DNA of 64,000 nucleotides from Octopus vulgaris (GCA_951406725.2 OX597820.1:105400001-105464000), one strand, 5' to 3'. Shown: positions 1 to 13,036, counted from the stretch's first letter. Notes: a model not told the origin generated them from the letters alone. Translations and numbers: made by a program.

Positions 1-358
1 GTCTTCTCTTAGGTCGAATGTAGAAATCCATCCTGGAGATGATGAGGCGATGGTCCGTCCAGCAATCAGCTCCGCACATGGCTTTGACCAGTCTCACGTC
101 CCGCCTGTCTTTCGCCCTGATGATGACGTAATCTATCAGATGCCAGTGTTTGGAGCGTGGATGCATCCAGGATGTCTTGTTGCGTGTTGGCAGACGGAAC
201 AAGGTGTTGGCGATGATAAGATCATGAGAGGCACATGCACGCAGGAGGAGCTGCCCGTTGTTGTTGCACTTTCCGATTCCTTGCTTTCCCAGTACGCGAT
301 GCCAGGCTTGGTGGTCAGTCCCGACACGGGCGTTAAAATCCCCAAGGAGGATGAGCTT
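1..358 (-). mobile_element. RTE-clade LINE, C-terminal half of APE endonuclease, continuing off the left edge
   Basis: Manual minus-strand translation is stop-free: KLILLGDFNARVGTDHQAWHRVLGKQGIGKCNNNGQLLL...TSWMHPRSKHWHLIDYVII...GADCWTDHRLIISR. It contains the GDFNA, IDY and TDH motifs of APE. Confidence 0.9.
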
Positions 359-360
359 CC

Positions 361-750
361 CAGGACGGGGCTAGAAAAGGTTGCCCAAAACATAGCCTGC
401 CTCACCTCACCCTGGTCAGCAAACCGCGGCTGGCGGGGATCCTTTCCTAGTGGTCGAAACAAAGAAAGAAAACAAACAAAGGTGCTCACTTTCACAACTT
501 GGAACGTGAGAACTCTGCTTGACAACACCAAAGCGGACAGACCAGAGAGACGAACTGCCCTGGTGGCCAGAGAACTGAGCCGATACAATGTCGATATCGC
601 AGCACTGTGTGAGACCCACCTTGCGGACAAAGGCCAGCTGACAGAGACAGGCGGCGGCTACACTTTCTTTTGGAGTGGTCACAGCAGCGAAGAGCGTCGT
701 GAGGCTGGTGTTGGTTTTGCCATCAAGTCAGTACATGTGCGGAAACACAC
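361..750 (+). mobile_element. RTE-clade LINE 5' part (N-terminal APE), inverted relative to 1-358
   Basis: C-terminal half of ORF 50..790 reads TWNVRTLLD...ERRTALVARELSRYNVDIAALCETHL...GYTFFWSG...GVGFAIK, a typical RTE APE N-terminus. Confidence 0.9.
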
Positions 751-1085
751 TCTAAAGAATAGAGCAGTAAGCATCAAAATAAAAAGTTAAATCCTTTTTG
801 TTTTAATGTGTGTGTGTGTGTCTTTGTGTTTGTGTTTGTCCCCTCAACACACACACATCACTTGACATCTGGTGCTGATGTGTTTGCATCCCTGTAACTT
901 AGTGGTTCAGCAAAAGAGATTAATAGAATAAGTATCAGGTTTTTTTTTAAATATAAGTAGTGGGGTCGATAAGTTCATCTAAAAATTCTTCAAGGTGGTG
1001 CCCCAGCAAGACCACAGTCTAATGACTGAAACAAGTAGTAAGAAAAAAAAAGTTAAAAGATATATGCACACGTACACCCATCCAT

Positions 1086-1119
<34 letters not shown>

Positions 1120-1526
1120 GTATGTGGGTGTGCATGCGTGCATGTGTGTATATCATTCAAAAGACCATGAAGGTAATATGTTACTTGGAAGCAAATGAAG
1201 GTTAGTAACAGGAATAGTGTCCAAGTGTTGAAAAACTTGCCTCAAGTTTTATATGAACTATCCTAGCATGGAAAAAATGGACATTAAAATGGCAATGACT
1301 GTTCCTGACACTACTCGATGCTTCATAGCAATAATATCTTGAAAGTATTTTAAATGCAAACACATACAATCTTTGTCACATATATGTGACCTTCAATATA
1401 ATTTGAGCTGCACTTTTTGTACACAATGATCAATGATATTATCTCTTATCTTCTTTTCACACTTGAGCACAATGTGACCTTGTATTTTGGCACTGATGTT
1501 TGCGTTGAATTTCTCATATTATATAG

Positions 1527-1561
<35 letters not shown>

Positions 1562-1852
1562 TCCTTGCCTTGACAATGTGCTATAATTGTAAACAAGCAT
1601 CATTGTCATATAAGTGGTGTCCAGACTCCCACGAAAACATATTTGGCTATGGGGAAATATGACCTTGCTTGGAAACAGGTGAGGGTTGGTGACAGGTAGG
1701 GCATCCACCTGTAGAAAATCTGCCTTAATGAATTAATTCCATCTGACCCGACCTATGCAAGCATGGAAAAAGTGGACAAGATAATGATGCTAATAACAAA
1801 GATGATGATGATGGTGATGATGAAAATGCTGATAATGATTCACAAGAAAGTA

Positions 1853-2029
1853 TGGTAGGTTATTATATTTAGTTGCTAACAGACTAGCAAGGTCGTCTGG
1901 GAAGGGTTAACTCTTAGTGCCTGTGTCCTTGAATATGTATGTTCTGAGAGCTGTTGAATTGTTGATCTTTGTGTATACTGTTTGCTGCCAACTGACTGCT
2001 TGTGCTCTGCTGACCCCGCATACCCACCA
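1853..2029 (-). mobile_element. Short LTR-like sequence, inverted copy of 2435-2580
   Basis: Bounded by tggtaggt...acccacca (TG..CA with short terminal inverted repeat). About 130 bp is near-identical to the reverse complement of 2454-2588. Confidence 0.5.
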
Positions 2030-2434
2030 TAGTTCTTCCAGTGGGACCCATAGGCCCCACTTCTTAGTTTACATCTGCATGTCTTGACATTGTGTGATAG
2101 TTGTAAATGAACATCACTCTCATACAGAGAGTGTCATTCACTTCTAATATTCTGTAAGAACATGTCTGGTCATGGGAAAATATTATCTTGCTTGGATGCA
2201 GCTTAGCGTTGGTGAGAAGAAGGGCATCCAGCTAAAGAAAATCTGCTTTAAGTAAACTTTGTCTGACCCAGGCAAGCTTGGAAAAGTGGGTATTAGAACG
2301 ATCATCTTGGTGGTAATGATGATGTTGAGGATGGTGATGATGATGATGATGTCCTGTTACATAAAACAGTGAGCTTCTTACAGCTAGAAGGACTGAATAA
2401 TTGAAAGCTAAATGCTACAAACTTCTGACAATAC

Positions 2435-3012
2435 TAGGTAGGTCGCCCTAACAACACAAAGATCAACAATTCAACAGCTCTCTGAACATACATATGCAAG
2501 GACACAGGCACTTATTACTGAGTTAACCCTTCCCAGACGACCTTGCTAGTCTGTTAGCAACTAAATATAATAACCTACCATATTTTCTGGCCAGAGTAAA
2601 GTAAGCCTGGTTGCAGGTGCCAGAGGATCTGGAGTAATGAGTGGCTGTGGTGCGTTGACTGAGTGACCCAAAGCTGAGGAGACTGCATACCATGCATCAC
2701 ATGGGGGTGGACAGGACCCTGTTCCTAGCCAGGTAAGTTGACTCTGATGTGACCAGGTAGAGTGTACAGAGAGTAATTGGGAGCTGTGACAGGTGCTAGT
2801 CCATTGATCTCACTCCAGGTGTGCATGAGGCAAGAAGCATTCCAGTGGAACACAACTGGAAACAAGTGGCAGTGGATGTGATGCACTACTGGCAGGGGAC
2901 ATACCTCTCGATGGTCAACTGTGGACCGGGCAGTTGGTCGTATGGAGGGAGATTAAGACGGGGACCGTGGAGGAAATTGCAAGAATATTAAATGAGATAT
3001 TCCTAGAACGAG
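2435..3012 (+). mobile_element. Gypsy-type remnant: short LTR followed by a degenerate integrase fragment
   Basis: LTR-like part ends aacctacca at 2580. Downstream translates with stops and a frameshift to HHMGVDRTLFLAR..GSCDRC..NWKQVAVDVMHY..YLSMVNCGPG..WREIK..IARILNEIFLER (HHCC zinc finger and start of the core domain). Confidence 0.65.
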
Positions 3013-3137
3013 ATCCTATATTCTACCAATACCACTATCAACACTTACCTCTACCTTGGATTTTCTTTACCTCTTGGATACTTACCATTGGCTGCACCTC
3101 TCTTTCGCAGATCAAAGTGACTTTGCATTGATGTGAA

Positions 3138-3190
<53 letters not shown>

Positions 3191-3715
3191 AACAAACAGA
3201 CAAAATAGACAAATATGTCACCAGGGATTATGTTTCTTGCACCTTGTTTTCCCACCAAACATACAATCACACACATGAAAAAACCACTTCACGTCAAGTT
3301 TTATCTGTCTGTCTATATTTGAATAAGTATAGCCACATGTGAGGATTAAAAAGTTTTGTATAGTTATATTTTATAATCTTACAGCCTAATTGGTAGGCAG
3401 CATAAATATTTTATCTAAACTAGTTCCCCGTTGATTAAAGTTGTTTGCTTTCGTGCTTTCTTTGCAAGTCAGTGAATATGTTCTGTATTCAACAGTATAA
3501 GTAAGACTGATCCAGTGACTTAAGCACGGAAACTGAGGCAGGTAAATATTGTGGTGTGAGATATCATCATTATCACCATCATTACTCTCATTTAGTGTTT
3601 GTTACAGGCTGTCATGGGTAGGACAGATTGACAGGATCTGCTGGGTCCAAGGATTGCATCTTGCGTTGTATGTATGTATGTGTGTGTGTGTGTGTGTGTG
3701 TGCGTGTGTGCTTGC

Positions 3716-3769
<54 letters not shown>

Positions 3770-4481
3770 AGTTTAGATATAAAAAGGGGAGAGAAAGAGA
3801 TGAAAAAGAACTGAGATATAACATAATGAGGGAGACAGAAATGTGTTTATATATATACACACACATACAAACATATATATATATATACACACATACATAT
3901 CAGGTATGGTCCCAAGAATTTTGTGAAGAGAGGACACAAGGTCAGAAGGGAAAACAGTTCCAGGAGAAAAGGGCGTAATAACATTATTTAGAAGGGCACA
4001 CTTCTTTTCTTGAAGGGGGCATATGCCCCTCAGCCCCCTCGTCCTTGGGTCCTCCCCTGCATATATACATAAATATCTTTTAAATTTGTTTATGGGAAAC
4101 GTTTTGAATATGCAAATAAAACTCCTATTCTATTACACCAGCCACAGTCTAATGAGGCTGGTTGGTGAACCAGTTTTTTGGGGTTGCATCTATATTATAT
4201 TTATCCTATATATATATATATATACACACAGGCTCACACACATATATACATACACATACATATACTCACACACACACACACACACATATGCATATATAAA
4301 TACACCCACATACATACATGCATGCATGCAGACAGAGAAAGAGAGGAGAGACAGAAAGAGTGAAGCATAGATACAAAAGAGGAAAAAGAGAGAAGAGAGA
4401 GAGAAAAAATATAATATAATACGCACACACACACACACACACATATATATATGTATGTGTGTGTGTGTGTATATATATGTG

Positions 4482-4516
<35 letters not shown>

Positions 4517-4920
4517 GGGGGAGAGAGAGAGAGAGAGAGAGAGAGCAGAAAAAGAACGTGAAAGAATGGAAGAGAGCCAAAAAGAGAGGCTGAGATTGGT
4601 GTAGAGGGGAGAGGGTTGCTATAGCCACCAGCTGACCATAGCAAGCCAACAGGCTCTATGCTAGTTGACAATTATATAATTAACAGAAGAGACCAAATCA
4701 AGAAACAAAGTAGTGAGTAAAGCACATTTTTTTATTATATATTTTTTTTAATATTTCTACAAAATTTCTTTAACTGACATTTATCGTGTTTGTTTCTTAT
4801 TTCTAAATGACATAACATTTTAATTTTTGTCATCATAGTTTTTACTGTATTTATTTATTTGTTATATATTATTATTATTGTTGTTGTTGTTATTAGTATT
4901 ATTATTATTATTATTATTCC

Positions 4921-5490
4921 AAAGTGGTGAGCTGGCAGAATCGTTAGCATGCTGGACAAAATGATTAGTGGCATTTTGTTCGTCTTTACATTCTAAGTTC
5001 AAATTCCGCTCAGGTTGATTTTGTCTTTCATTCTTTCAGGGTCAATAAATTAAGTACCAGTGAAACACTGGGGTCGATGTAATCAACTACTCTCCTCCCA
5101 CCAAATTTCAGGCCTTTTTTTTACTTTTTTGAATGTCACTGGGGGGTGACTTTGCCTGTCATCCTTTCAGAGATTGATAAAATAAGTACCAGCTGAATAC
5201 TTGGGTTGATGTTAGTCAACTGAATCCCTTCCCTGAAAGGACTGGTCTTGAGCCAAAATTTGAAACCATTATCATTAAGGCAATGCGATACAGAAATGTT
5301 AGGACACTGGGCAAAAAATGCTTAGTGGCATTTTGTCTGTCTTCACATTCTGAGTTCAAATTTCGCTGAGGTCAACTTTGCCTTTCATCCTTTTGGTGTC
5401 AATAAAATAAATACCAGCTGAGCATTGGGATGGATGTATTCAACTTACCTCATCTGCAAACTTGCTGGCCTTCTGCCAAAATTTGAAACC
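4921..5490 (+). mobile_element. Cluster of tRNA-derived SINEs (family A, Nin/Deu-like core)
   Basis: Repeated head gagctggcagaatcgttagca..gttcaaattccgc and core ctttgcctttcatcctt..ggtcgataaa..agtaccag. About 3 copies, separated by ATT tails. Confidence 0.8.
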
Positions 5491-5532
5491 ACCACCACCA
5501 CCACCACTACTACCATCATCATTATTATTATA

Positions 5533-7332
5533 GATGTCACACAGTATACAATATCATGAGGTTGTTGATTGAAGATATTGTGTCTGCCGGGGGTTTGTGC
5601 TGTTTGTCAAGTCACAACAAGGACCTCAGATAGACAGTACTTTATGCAATATGTGTGCAGTTCCAAGTAATGCCGACTTTTTCAATACACCTAGATTGTA
5701 GAGTATTTCTAAAATTTTCTGGTGTTTTTTCAGATTGGGTGGTATTGAACCCAATGCTCCAATGTCAATAGGGATAACCTTTATGTCTGACTCTCATAGC
5801 TGCCACATCTTGGCAATCTCAATTCTCAGGTCTCCATATTTACCAACCTCTTTTCTTTCTTTCATGATATGTTGATCTCCCGGCACTGTCACATCAATTA
5901 TTAGGCACTCTTGTTCGTCCCTCTTAAAGGTTACTGTATCCAGCCTTTGATGCTCTAATATCTTGTCTGTCTGGAAGTCAAAGTCCCAGAGGATTTTTGC
6001 CTTCCCCTTTTCGTCCATTACCTTTTCCAGTGTATATTGGTACTGAGCACCTGTAACCTCATATCCATACTTCTGGCATCATAACCAGTTTTGGGCTACC
6101 TTATTGTGTCTATGCTTGTACTCTTTCTGCACAGAATTTCACAAGCACTAACAATGTGAATCACACTTTTGACCCTCTTCCAACACATTCTGTAGAGGGC
6201 CATTGCACTTGTATGGTATATATTCTTTTTCACTGAGTTGGTATTCAATGCCTGGTCCTGGGCAGCAATGATTAGGCTTTCAGTATTCTTTATTAGGTCA
6301 CTCTTATTAAGCCACCTCCATGATGCTTCCTGGTCTTTTAATTTGTCGGTTGCATGGTGGAAATGACTGTGTAATTCCATGTGGAGTAAGGTTTCTTCTC
6401 TCTTGTTGGCTGTTCTTGATCAGAATTCATGAGCTTTCTTAAGTCCGTTTTTGTTAAATTCTTCTGCATTAGAAGCATATTGTAGCAGGTCTTGTTTGCT
6501 GCTTACCAAATATTCTGTCATGTTTCTTCTTACCATGTTGATGCATTCCTGTACTCTAATCAGCTCATGTTCACCTTTGCCCCTCTTCGTGTAGAGCCTG
6601 TTTATATTTGTCTTAGGGTGGCGGGCACCATACACTGTCATTGTCCTTCGGGTAGTGCAATCAAGTTGGTTAATCACTGCTTGTGTCCATTTCAGGATGG
6701 GTGCACTATAGTGAACTACAGCAACCACCCATATGTTGATGGTAGTCACAAGGTCCCTTGAGTTGAGTTTTGATTTCAAGAGTTCAAGGCACTTGAAATA
6801 TGCAGTGACGGTCTTGTCTTTCATTTCTTTATGCAAGATATTGTCCAGCTCCAGGATCTCAAGATACTTGTTCCCATTATCATCCAGGTCTTCCATTCTC
6901 TTTCCGTTTCACAATTCTATGCCCCTACAATTTACTCGTTTCCCCTGCTTCAAAGTAAGCACCACACACTTCAAGATAACAAATTTCATTCCTGTATCCT
7001 TGCTGCATATTTGCACAATCTCAATCAGCCTCTCCATTTCAGGCTCTGTTTTTATGAACAGTTTTAAATCATCCATGAAGAAAAGGTGGTTGAGATGAGG
7101 TCCATTCTTTCTCAGCTCATAGTGTGCATTGACTTTGTGTAGGACTACAGAAAGTGGGATCAACAGAGTCTCCTCGGAAAATACCTCTTTTGATTGTTAC
7201 CTCAGCTAAGTGCTGGTTGTTAAAGGAAAGACATGTTTTCCAACTAGGCATGCTGTTCTTAATCAGTGCACACACATTTTCAGCTATTTCATACATGTCA
7301 AGTGTTTCCAAAATCCACGAATGTGGCAACAT
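5533..7332 (-). mobile_element. Degenerate R4/Dong-like non-LTR retrotransposon (RT plus restriction-like endonuclease)
   Basis: ORF fragments RGIFRGDS, NHLFFMDDLKLF (RT), IIAAQDQALNT..CWKRVKSVIHIVSAC (decayed zinc knuckle) and KILWDFDFQTD..IIDVTVPGD (RLE). Frameshifted; flanked by (ATT)n. Confidence 0.85.
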
Positions 7333-7360
7333 TTATCATTATTATTATTATTATTATTAA

Positions 7361-7864
7361 GGTGGCAAGCTGACAAAATTGTTAGCACACCGGGCAAAAT
7401 GCTTAGTGGTATTTTGTCAGTCACTACATTCTGAGTTCAAATTCCACTGAGGTCAGCTTTGCTTTTCATCCTTTCAGGGTCAATAAATTAAGTACCAGTT
7501 GAGTATTGGGGTCAATATAATTGACTAGTCCCCTCTCCCAAAATTTCAGGCCTTTTACTTTTAGCAGAAAGGATTATTATTAAGACAGTGAGCTGGCAGT
7601 ATCATTAGCATGCCGGGCAAAATGCTTTGCGGCATTTCGTCTGTCTCTATGTTCTAGTGAGCTGGCAGAATTCTTAGCATGCCAGACAAAATACTTCGCA
7701 GCATTTTTCCCAGTTTTATGTTCTGAGTTCAATTTCTGCTGAGGTCAACTTTGCCTTTCATCCTTTTGTGGTCGCTAAATTAAGCACCAGTGAAACACTC
7801 GGGTCGATGTAATTGACTCATCCCCTCCCACAAAAATGGCTGCCCTTGTGGCAGAATTTGAAAC

Positions 7865-7865
<1 letters not shown>
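7361..7865 (+). mobile_element. Tandem family-A SINE copies
   Basis: Same head and core as 4921-5490. The second copy has a duplicated head (about 7584 and 7656). Confidence 0.8.
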
Positions 7866-7897
<32 letters not shown>

Positions 7898-7914
7898 CAT
7901 TATTATTATTATTA

Positions 7915-8157
7915 AGCACCATCCGATTGTGGCTGTTTGCCAGCCTCATCTGACACCTGTGCAGGTGGCACATAAAAAGCACCCACTACACTCTCGGAGT
8001 GGTTGGCGTTAGGAAGGGCATCCAGCTGTAGAAACACTGCCAGATCAGACTGGGCCTGGTGCAGCCTCCTGGCTTCCCAGACCCCAGTTGAACCATCCAA
8101 CCCATGCTAGCATGGAAAACGGACGTTAAACGATGATGATGATGATGATGATGATGA
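7915..8157 (+). mobile_element. SINE/RTE-tail repeat (family C) ending in (GAT)n
   Basis: gagtggttggcgttaggaagggcatccagctgtagaaa...ccaacccatgctagcatggaaaacggacgttaaacgatgatgat. Many other copies, e.g. about 15960-16145, 39510-39700, 44747-44992, 53920-54110. Confidence 0.75.
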
Positions 8158-8430
8158 TTATTATTATTATTATTATTATTATTATCAATTTTAAGTTGGT
8201 GATCTAGCAGAATTGTTTGCATACCAGACAAGATGCTTTGTAATATTTCTTCCACCTCTATGTTCTGAGTTCAAATTCTACTGAAGTTGACTTTGTCTTT
8301 CATCTTAATTTATTGGGGTCAGTAAATTAAGTACCAGTTTAGCACCAGGGTGGATGTAATAGACTATCTGCCTCCTACCAAAATTTCAGAGCTTGTGCCT
8401 ATTTTTAAAAGGATTATTATTATTATTATT

Positions 8431-9550
8431 GCCTTTGCACAGCTTTTAATGCTAGAGATGTACTACAGTGTCAACTGTTCACTATCAGTGAACTAAAGTA
8501 ACACTTCTTATTTTTCGAGCACCTTCCAGAGTATTCGAGCGGTTCCAAGCAGTGCTATTTTCTGCAAGTGCTCCACCCTTATTGCAGCCCCTATTTGTTC
8601 CACGCACTTCTCGCACTGTTCCCAGGGTTCCAACAATTATTGGTACTACTGCTAACTTTTTCATCGAACACAACTGCTTAACCTCCCAAGTTAACCTGTC
8701 ATATCTCTCGACTTTTCTTTCTTCCTTATCGCATACCTTGTTGTCAGCTGGGCATGCTATATCTATGATCCAGCATAGTTTGTTTTCTTTCTCAATTAAG
8801 ACTATGTCTGGCTTCCTATTCTCTATCTCATGGTCACACTGAATCATGAAATCCCATAGGATCTTTGCATTTCTATTTTCAATGACGCCTTCAGGTTTGT
8901 AGTTGTACCAATTTTTTGCTCTGTCAAGTCCATACTTGTTGCAAAGTGTCCAATGGACAAGCCTGGCTATATTGTCGTGGCATCTCTTATATTCCTTCTG
9001 GGCTCGTGGCATACACTGGCTGGTAATATGCCATATGGTTTCACTGTTTTGTCCACAGATTCTGCACTTATCACTTTCTGCTGTGTTGTCTATTCTGTAT
9101 TTTATATAGTTTGTTCTTAGTGCTTGCTTTTGGGCTGCTCAGATTAGAGCCTCCGTTTCCAGTTTTAAATCCCTTTTAGTCAACCACAGTCATCTTTTTT
9201 CTCTGTCTGTCTTATCTTCAGCATCCCTATGAAATTGTCCATGCATTCTTTTCTTTACCCACCTATTTTCAGTTTCATTCGTTTTCAATTGCTTGTACAG
9301 TGCTTTATCTTTGCAATCTTTCATCCTACACAGGCCTGACCTTCTTACTACTAATAATAGTGGTTCTGTGGCATTTTTTACATACCATGCTATGTTGTTT
9401 TCTTCTGATCTAATGCTGTGTTCACATCCAATAAGTCCTCTTCCTCCTCTTTTTCTTGGTACATACAGTCTGTCTGTATGTACTGGAAGGACTGAGGACA
9501 AATACTTACCAAGCTCCCACCAGGTTTTTTAAGTACCACTAGGAGACAAA
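8431..9550 (-). mobile_element. Second R4/Dong-like LINE 3' fragment (zinc knuckle plus RLE)
   Basis: ORFs 9190-9501 (DRLYVPRKRGGRGL..KRMHGQF) and 8485-9012 (YKRCHDNIARLVHW..ILWDFMIQCDHEIENRKPDIVLI..IIDIACPAD). 3' end abuts (ATT)n. Confidence 0.85.
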
Positions 9551-9711
9551 GTTGAGGGTGAAGAGAGAGAGGTGCTGCCCTTCAGTAAATTTGTTGAAAG
9601 GTGGATGAGAGTGAGTGTAGGCTGATAAAATAAAAGTACCAGTCAAGTCGATACCACTGATTGTTCCTTCCTGGCAAGATTTCTGGCACTGCACCTATAT
9701 AAGAAATCACC

Positions 9712-9927
9712 AGTACCACCACCACTGCCGCCGCCATCACCACCACCATCATCACCACCATCACCACCACAACCACCACCACCATCACCACTGCCACCGT
9801 CGCCACTGCACCACCACCACCACCACAACCACCACCACCACCACCACCATCATCATCATCCCCATCCCCATCACTACCATCACTACTATCACCACCATCA
9901 CCACCATCACCATCATCACCATCATCG
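9712..9927. repeat. (CAC/CAT)n trinucleotide microsatellite
   Basis: Directly visible in the sequence. Confidence 0.95.
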
Positions 9928-10589
9928 TTTTCCTTTGTTGAATAGCTATAATGAAAAAGGTTGCATAGGAAATGGGGGGGGGGGTACAGCTGAAAGATTT
10001 GATGTTAGCGCTTTTCCTCTGAACAAGCCTGCATGAACTACTTGAAGCACTGCTAGAAGAGGTAGGTGAGTTATTATACAGGTCATACAAGTACAGCTCT
10101 TCTTACTGGCCCACTATTCCCTTACAGCAATGAACAACTGCAAGGTACTACACTCCACAACACTAAAAAAATTCGATAGGAAAACATTAGTGGACAACAT
10201 ATCCATATTCTGTATAGTTCGCCCACAAAAATAAATGATTAATGATGGGAGCTATACACCTATACACACAGCATAGTACAAATGTTTAGATAAACACCCA
10301 GAAAGTCTCAAACAAAAAAGTAAACACCTGATTGATGATATATAAACAAGTGATCAAAATTCAAATTCCAATGATAACATCTACTAGTTATATTCGTCCT
10401 GCCTATTTTGAAGAAGCAGCAACATATGACAACATCACTGCATCATGAAGATGAGACAGTGAAAATTTAGAAACAATAATGATGGATTTGGAGGCTTTAT
10501 TGTTCTAAACAATCTGAAAGGAACTCTTACGAAAATATTTTTTTAATTTCATAAAAAAAGATAAAAACTATAATACAGCCATATTTTCA

Positions 10590-10800
10590 ACACACACACA
10601 CACACACACACATGGATGCATACACATGTGCATGTGTGTGCACATGTGCATACACATGTGCATGTGTGTGCACATGTGCATACACATGCACACACACACA
10701 CATATGGATGCACACACATGCACATGTACATGCGTGTACACGTGCATGCACATACACAAATACATGCATGCACACGCACACACACACACACACACACACA
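10590..10800. repeat. Compound alternating purine-pyrimidine repeat (CA/TG/CATG units)
   Basis: tgcatacacatgtgcatgtgtgtgcacatg units flanked by (CA)n. Confidence 0.9.
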
Positions 10801-12059
10801 AGACCCTTCCGAAACTAGATTCAGTCAGCACATTTGCTTAAGAAGTAAATGAACGAATGAGTCAAAGAATTAGAATTTGCTGTAACATGGACTTGAAATC
10901 AGTATCTTCTCCATAATTTTTTCCCTCACTCAACCTTGTGCTGCTGTTACCACCAATACATTTAGGGATGAAAATAGTCATAATTGTTAACCATGTTTAG
11001 AAGAGTAAATAAATCACTCATGTAGCTCACTGGAAACTTAAGTGGATTTGTAAATTGACTTTAGCTTTCAAGAGGCATACATTGATATATATAACATACA
11101 ATGTAAGAGGTTGCTAAGCAGAGTAGAGAGATTAAAAGATATACTTTCAATGAAGTCACACACAGTAACATATATATTTATATGTATGTGTGTGTTGCCT
11201 TAAGAATGGTAACAAGAAAATCCAAGTACTCATGTAGGTCCAGCTTTGAATCAATGTTAATCCACTCTGTCTGATAATATAGACTAAGTTTTGTACTTAA
11301 TTGCAATTCATACCAGTATGAACCCCTAATCAATCAATATGTATGTGTGTGTGTGTGTGTGTCTGTGTATGTTTTTTCTTTTTCTCTTTTTAATTTAGAT
11401 TCAATGTTAACCAGCCATCTACTTTGTAACAAAATTGTGAAGGAAATTATCTTGTTTTATTCAGCATCCTATAGATCTTATGAAGATCTTGCAGATTTTT
11501 ATTGTTCCAGACAGTATGATCATTTGTAGTGTGTAAATTAAGGAGTTGCATTTTCTCCACAAGAATCCAAGTTCAACCATATTTTGTTCCAGGTGGATTG
11601 GTACATATCTTCTTGCTGTGTCTTTATATCTGTGTTTGTCTCCCCACCGTCGCTTGATAATCGATGTTGGTGTGTTTATGCCCCCAAAACTTAGTGGTCT
11701 GGCATAAGAGACCAATAGAATAAGTACTAGGCTTACAAAGAATAAGTCCTGGGATCGATTTCTTCAACTAAAAACAGTATTCCAGTATCAAATGACTGAA
11801 ATGTGTAAAAGAATATATATTAATGTTTGTTTTTATGTTGTACGAGCAAAACGCCCCACGTCCAATGGAAGGTGCTGAGTTGTCAAACATTTAAACCAAA
11901 TTTTCTCAAACCAACTTGTCCGACCATCCAATAGGCCTCCCCTTTGAGAAACACTGATTTAACCTAAATTTGAGACACCAGCAAAAGAAGAAATATAGAC
12001 TTTTTTCTATTCCAAAGAAAGACGATTTTATTCACACAAATATGCAACCGAAGAGTTTA

Positions 12060-12296
12060 AAGTACCAGTAAGTACATCGCAACAGCTTATGTACTTGCAC
12101 GTACAATTGCACGTTCCCAGGGCTTTATCGATCGCATTCTCACCTGGAATCGATTTTTGTAATATTTTCAAGACTTATACATGCCCTGATACCGTCGGTA
12201 TGTACATATCAAATTTGAGTGCAATCGGATGGAGGATGCCCGAGATCCTAGAAGACACACACACAGGCAAACAGAACGGATTTTATATAATAGATG
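12060..12296 (-). mobile_element. Putative non-autonomous Helitron-like 5' end
   Basis: Minus strand begins aTCtattatataaaatccgttctgtttgcctgtgtgtgtgtc, the TC plus short microsatellite start seen in invertebrate Helitron derivatives. 3' end not defined. Confidence 0.4.
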
Positions 12297-13036
12297 TAAA
12301 AAGATGATTTAACATTAATGTGAAAGAGTATTCAATACATTTTAGAAGAGAACATGTTTATTAAACTTTCATAAGGAAAATGTTGAGTTGAGAGTGGGCA
12401 GCACTAGTAATCCTGACCACTGCATCCACCCTTCAACCCTATCCAATACTTACAGATGTACTTCCGCTCTCCCATTTATTTACCTCTTTGCAGCATCTAC
12501 TGATTCATTTCTACTTCTTTCCTAAATGTGAAAAGCCATGTAGCTTCCTTACAAACAAAATCCTTAACCCTCATTAGCTAGCATAAATCCCCTCCACTCA
12601 GCTTTCACAGGCTTGCAAGCTGTATGGCGACCTCACTAGTGCTAGTAACACAAGAGAAGAACCAATACACACTGTAAAGTGGTTGATGTTGGGAAGGGCA
12701 TCCAGCCATAGAAACAATGCCAAATGAGACACTGGGGCATGATGTAGTCCTTGGGCACATTGAATTTTGTTAAACTGTGCTTGTGTGTATGTGTATGTAT
12801 GTATGTATATGTATGTATATTATTATTTTGCTTATGCATAGTGATACTGAGAAGCTGGTGTTAGGACTCAATATACATATGCTTCAGAACAAGGCGTCAG
12901 TCGAGTATAGAGCAGTGATAAGAAATTAAATAAATGACAAGGGAATAAGTAATTGTCTTGAACTTTATTTACTTACAGCTGTTTCTGCTATAAGATGCAA
13001 TGCACTCATAGCTGAGTGCATGTGCATTACCTTATT

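Noticed and set aside
50-790. 246-aa ORF as a host gene
   Set aside because: It is a chimera of antisense RTE sequence and the inverted RTE N-terminus; only the part after about 470 is a real reading frame.
3133-4671. Many ORFs rich in CV/HT/YI/RE dipeptides (also at 9582-10852, 31002-31412, 44255-44558)
   Set aside because: They are translations of microsatellites.
4921-8420. CRISPR-like or other prokaryotic repeat array
   Set aside because: The repeats are long, diverged SINE copies with irregular spacing in eukaryotic DNA.
9950-10460. Non-repetitive-looking stretch, possibly a decayed retroelement or exon (similar cases at 58320-58900 and 59340-59880)
   Set aside because: No motif or open frame that I could identify with confidence.
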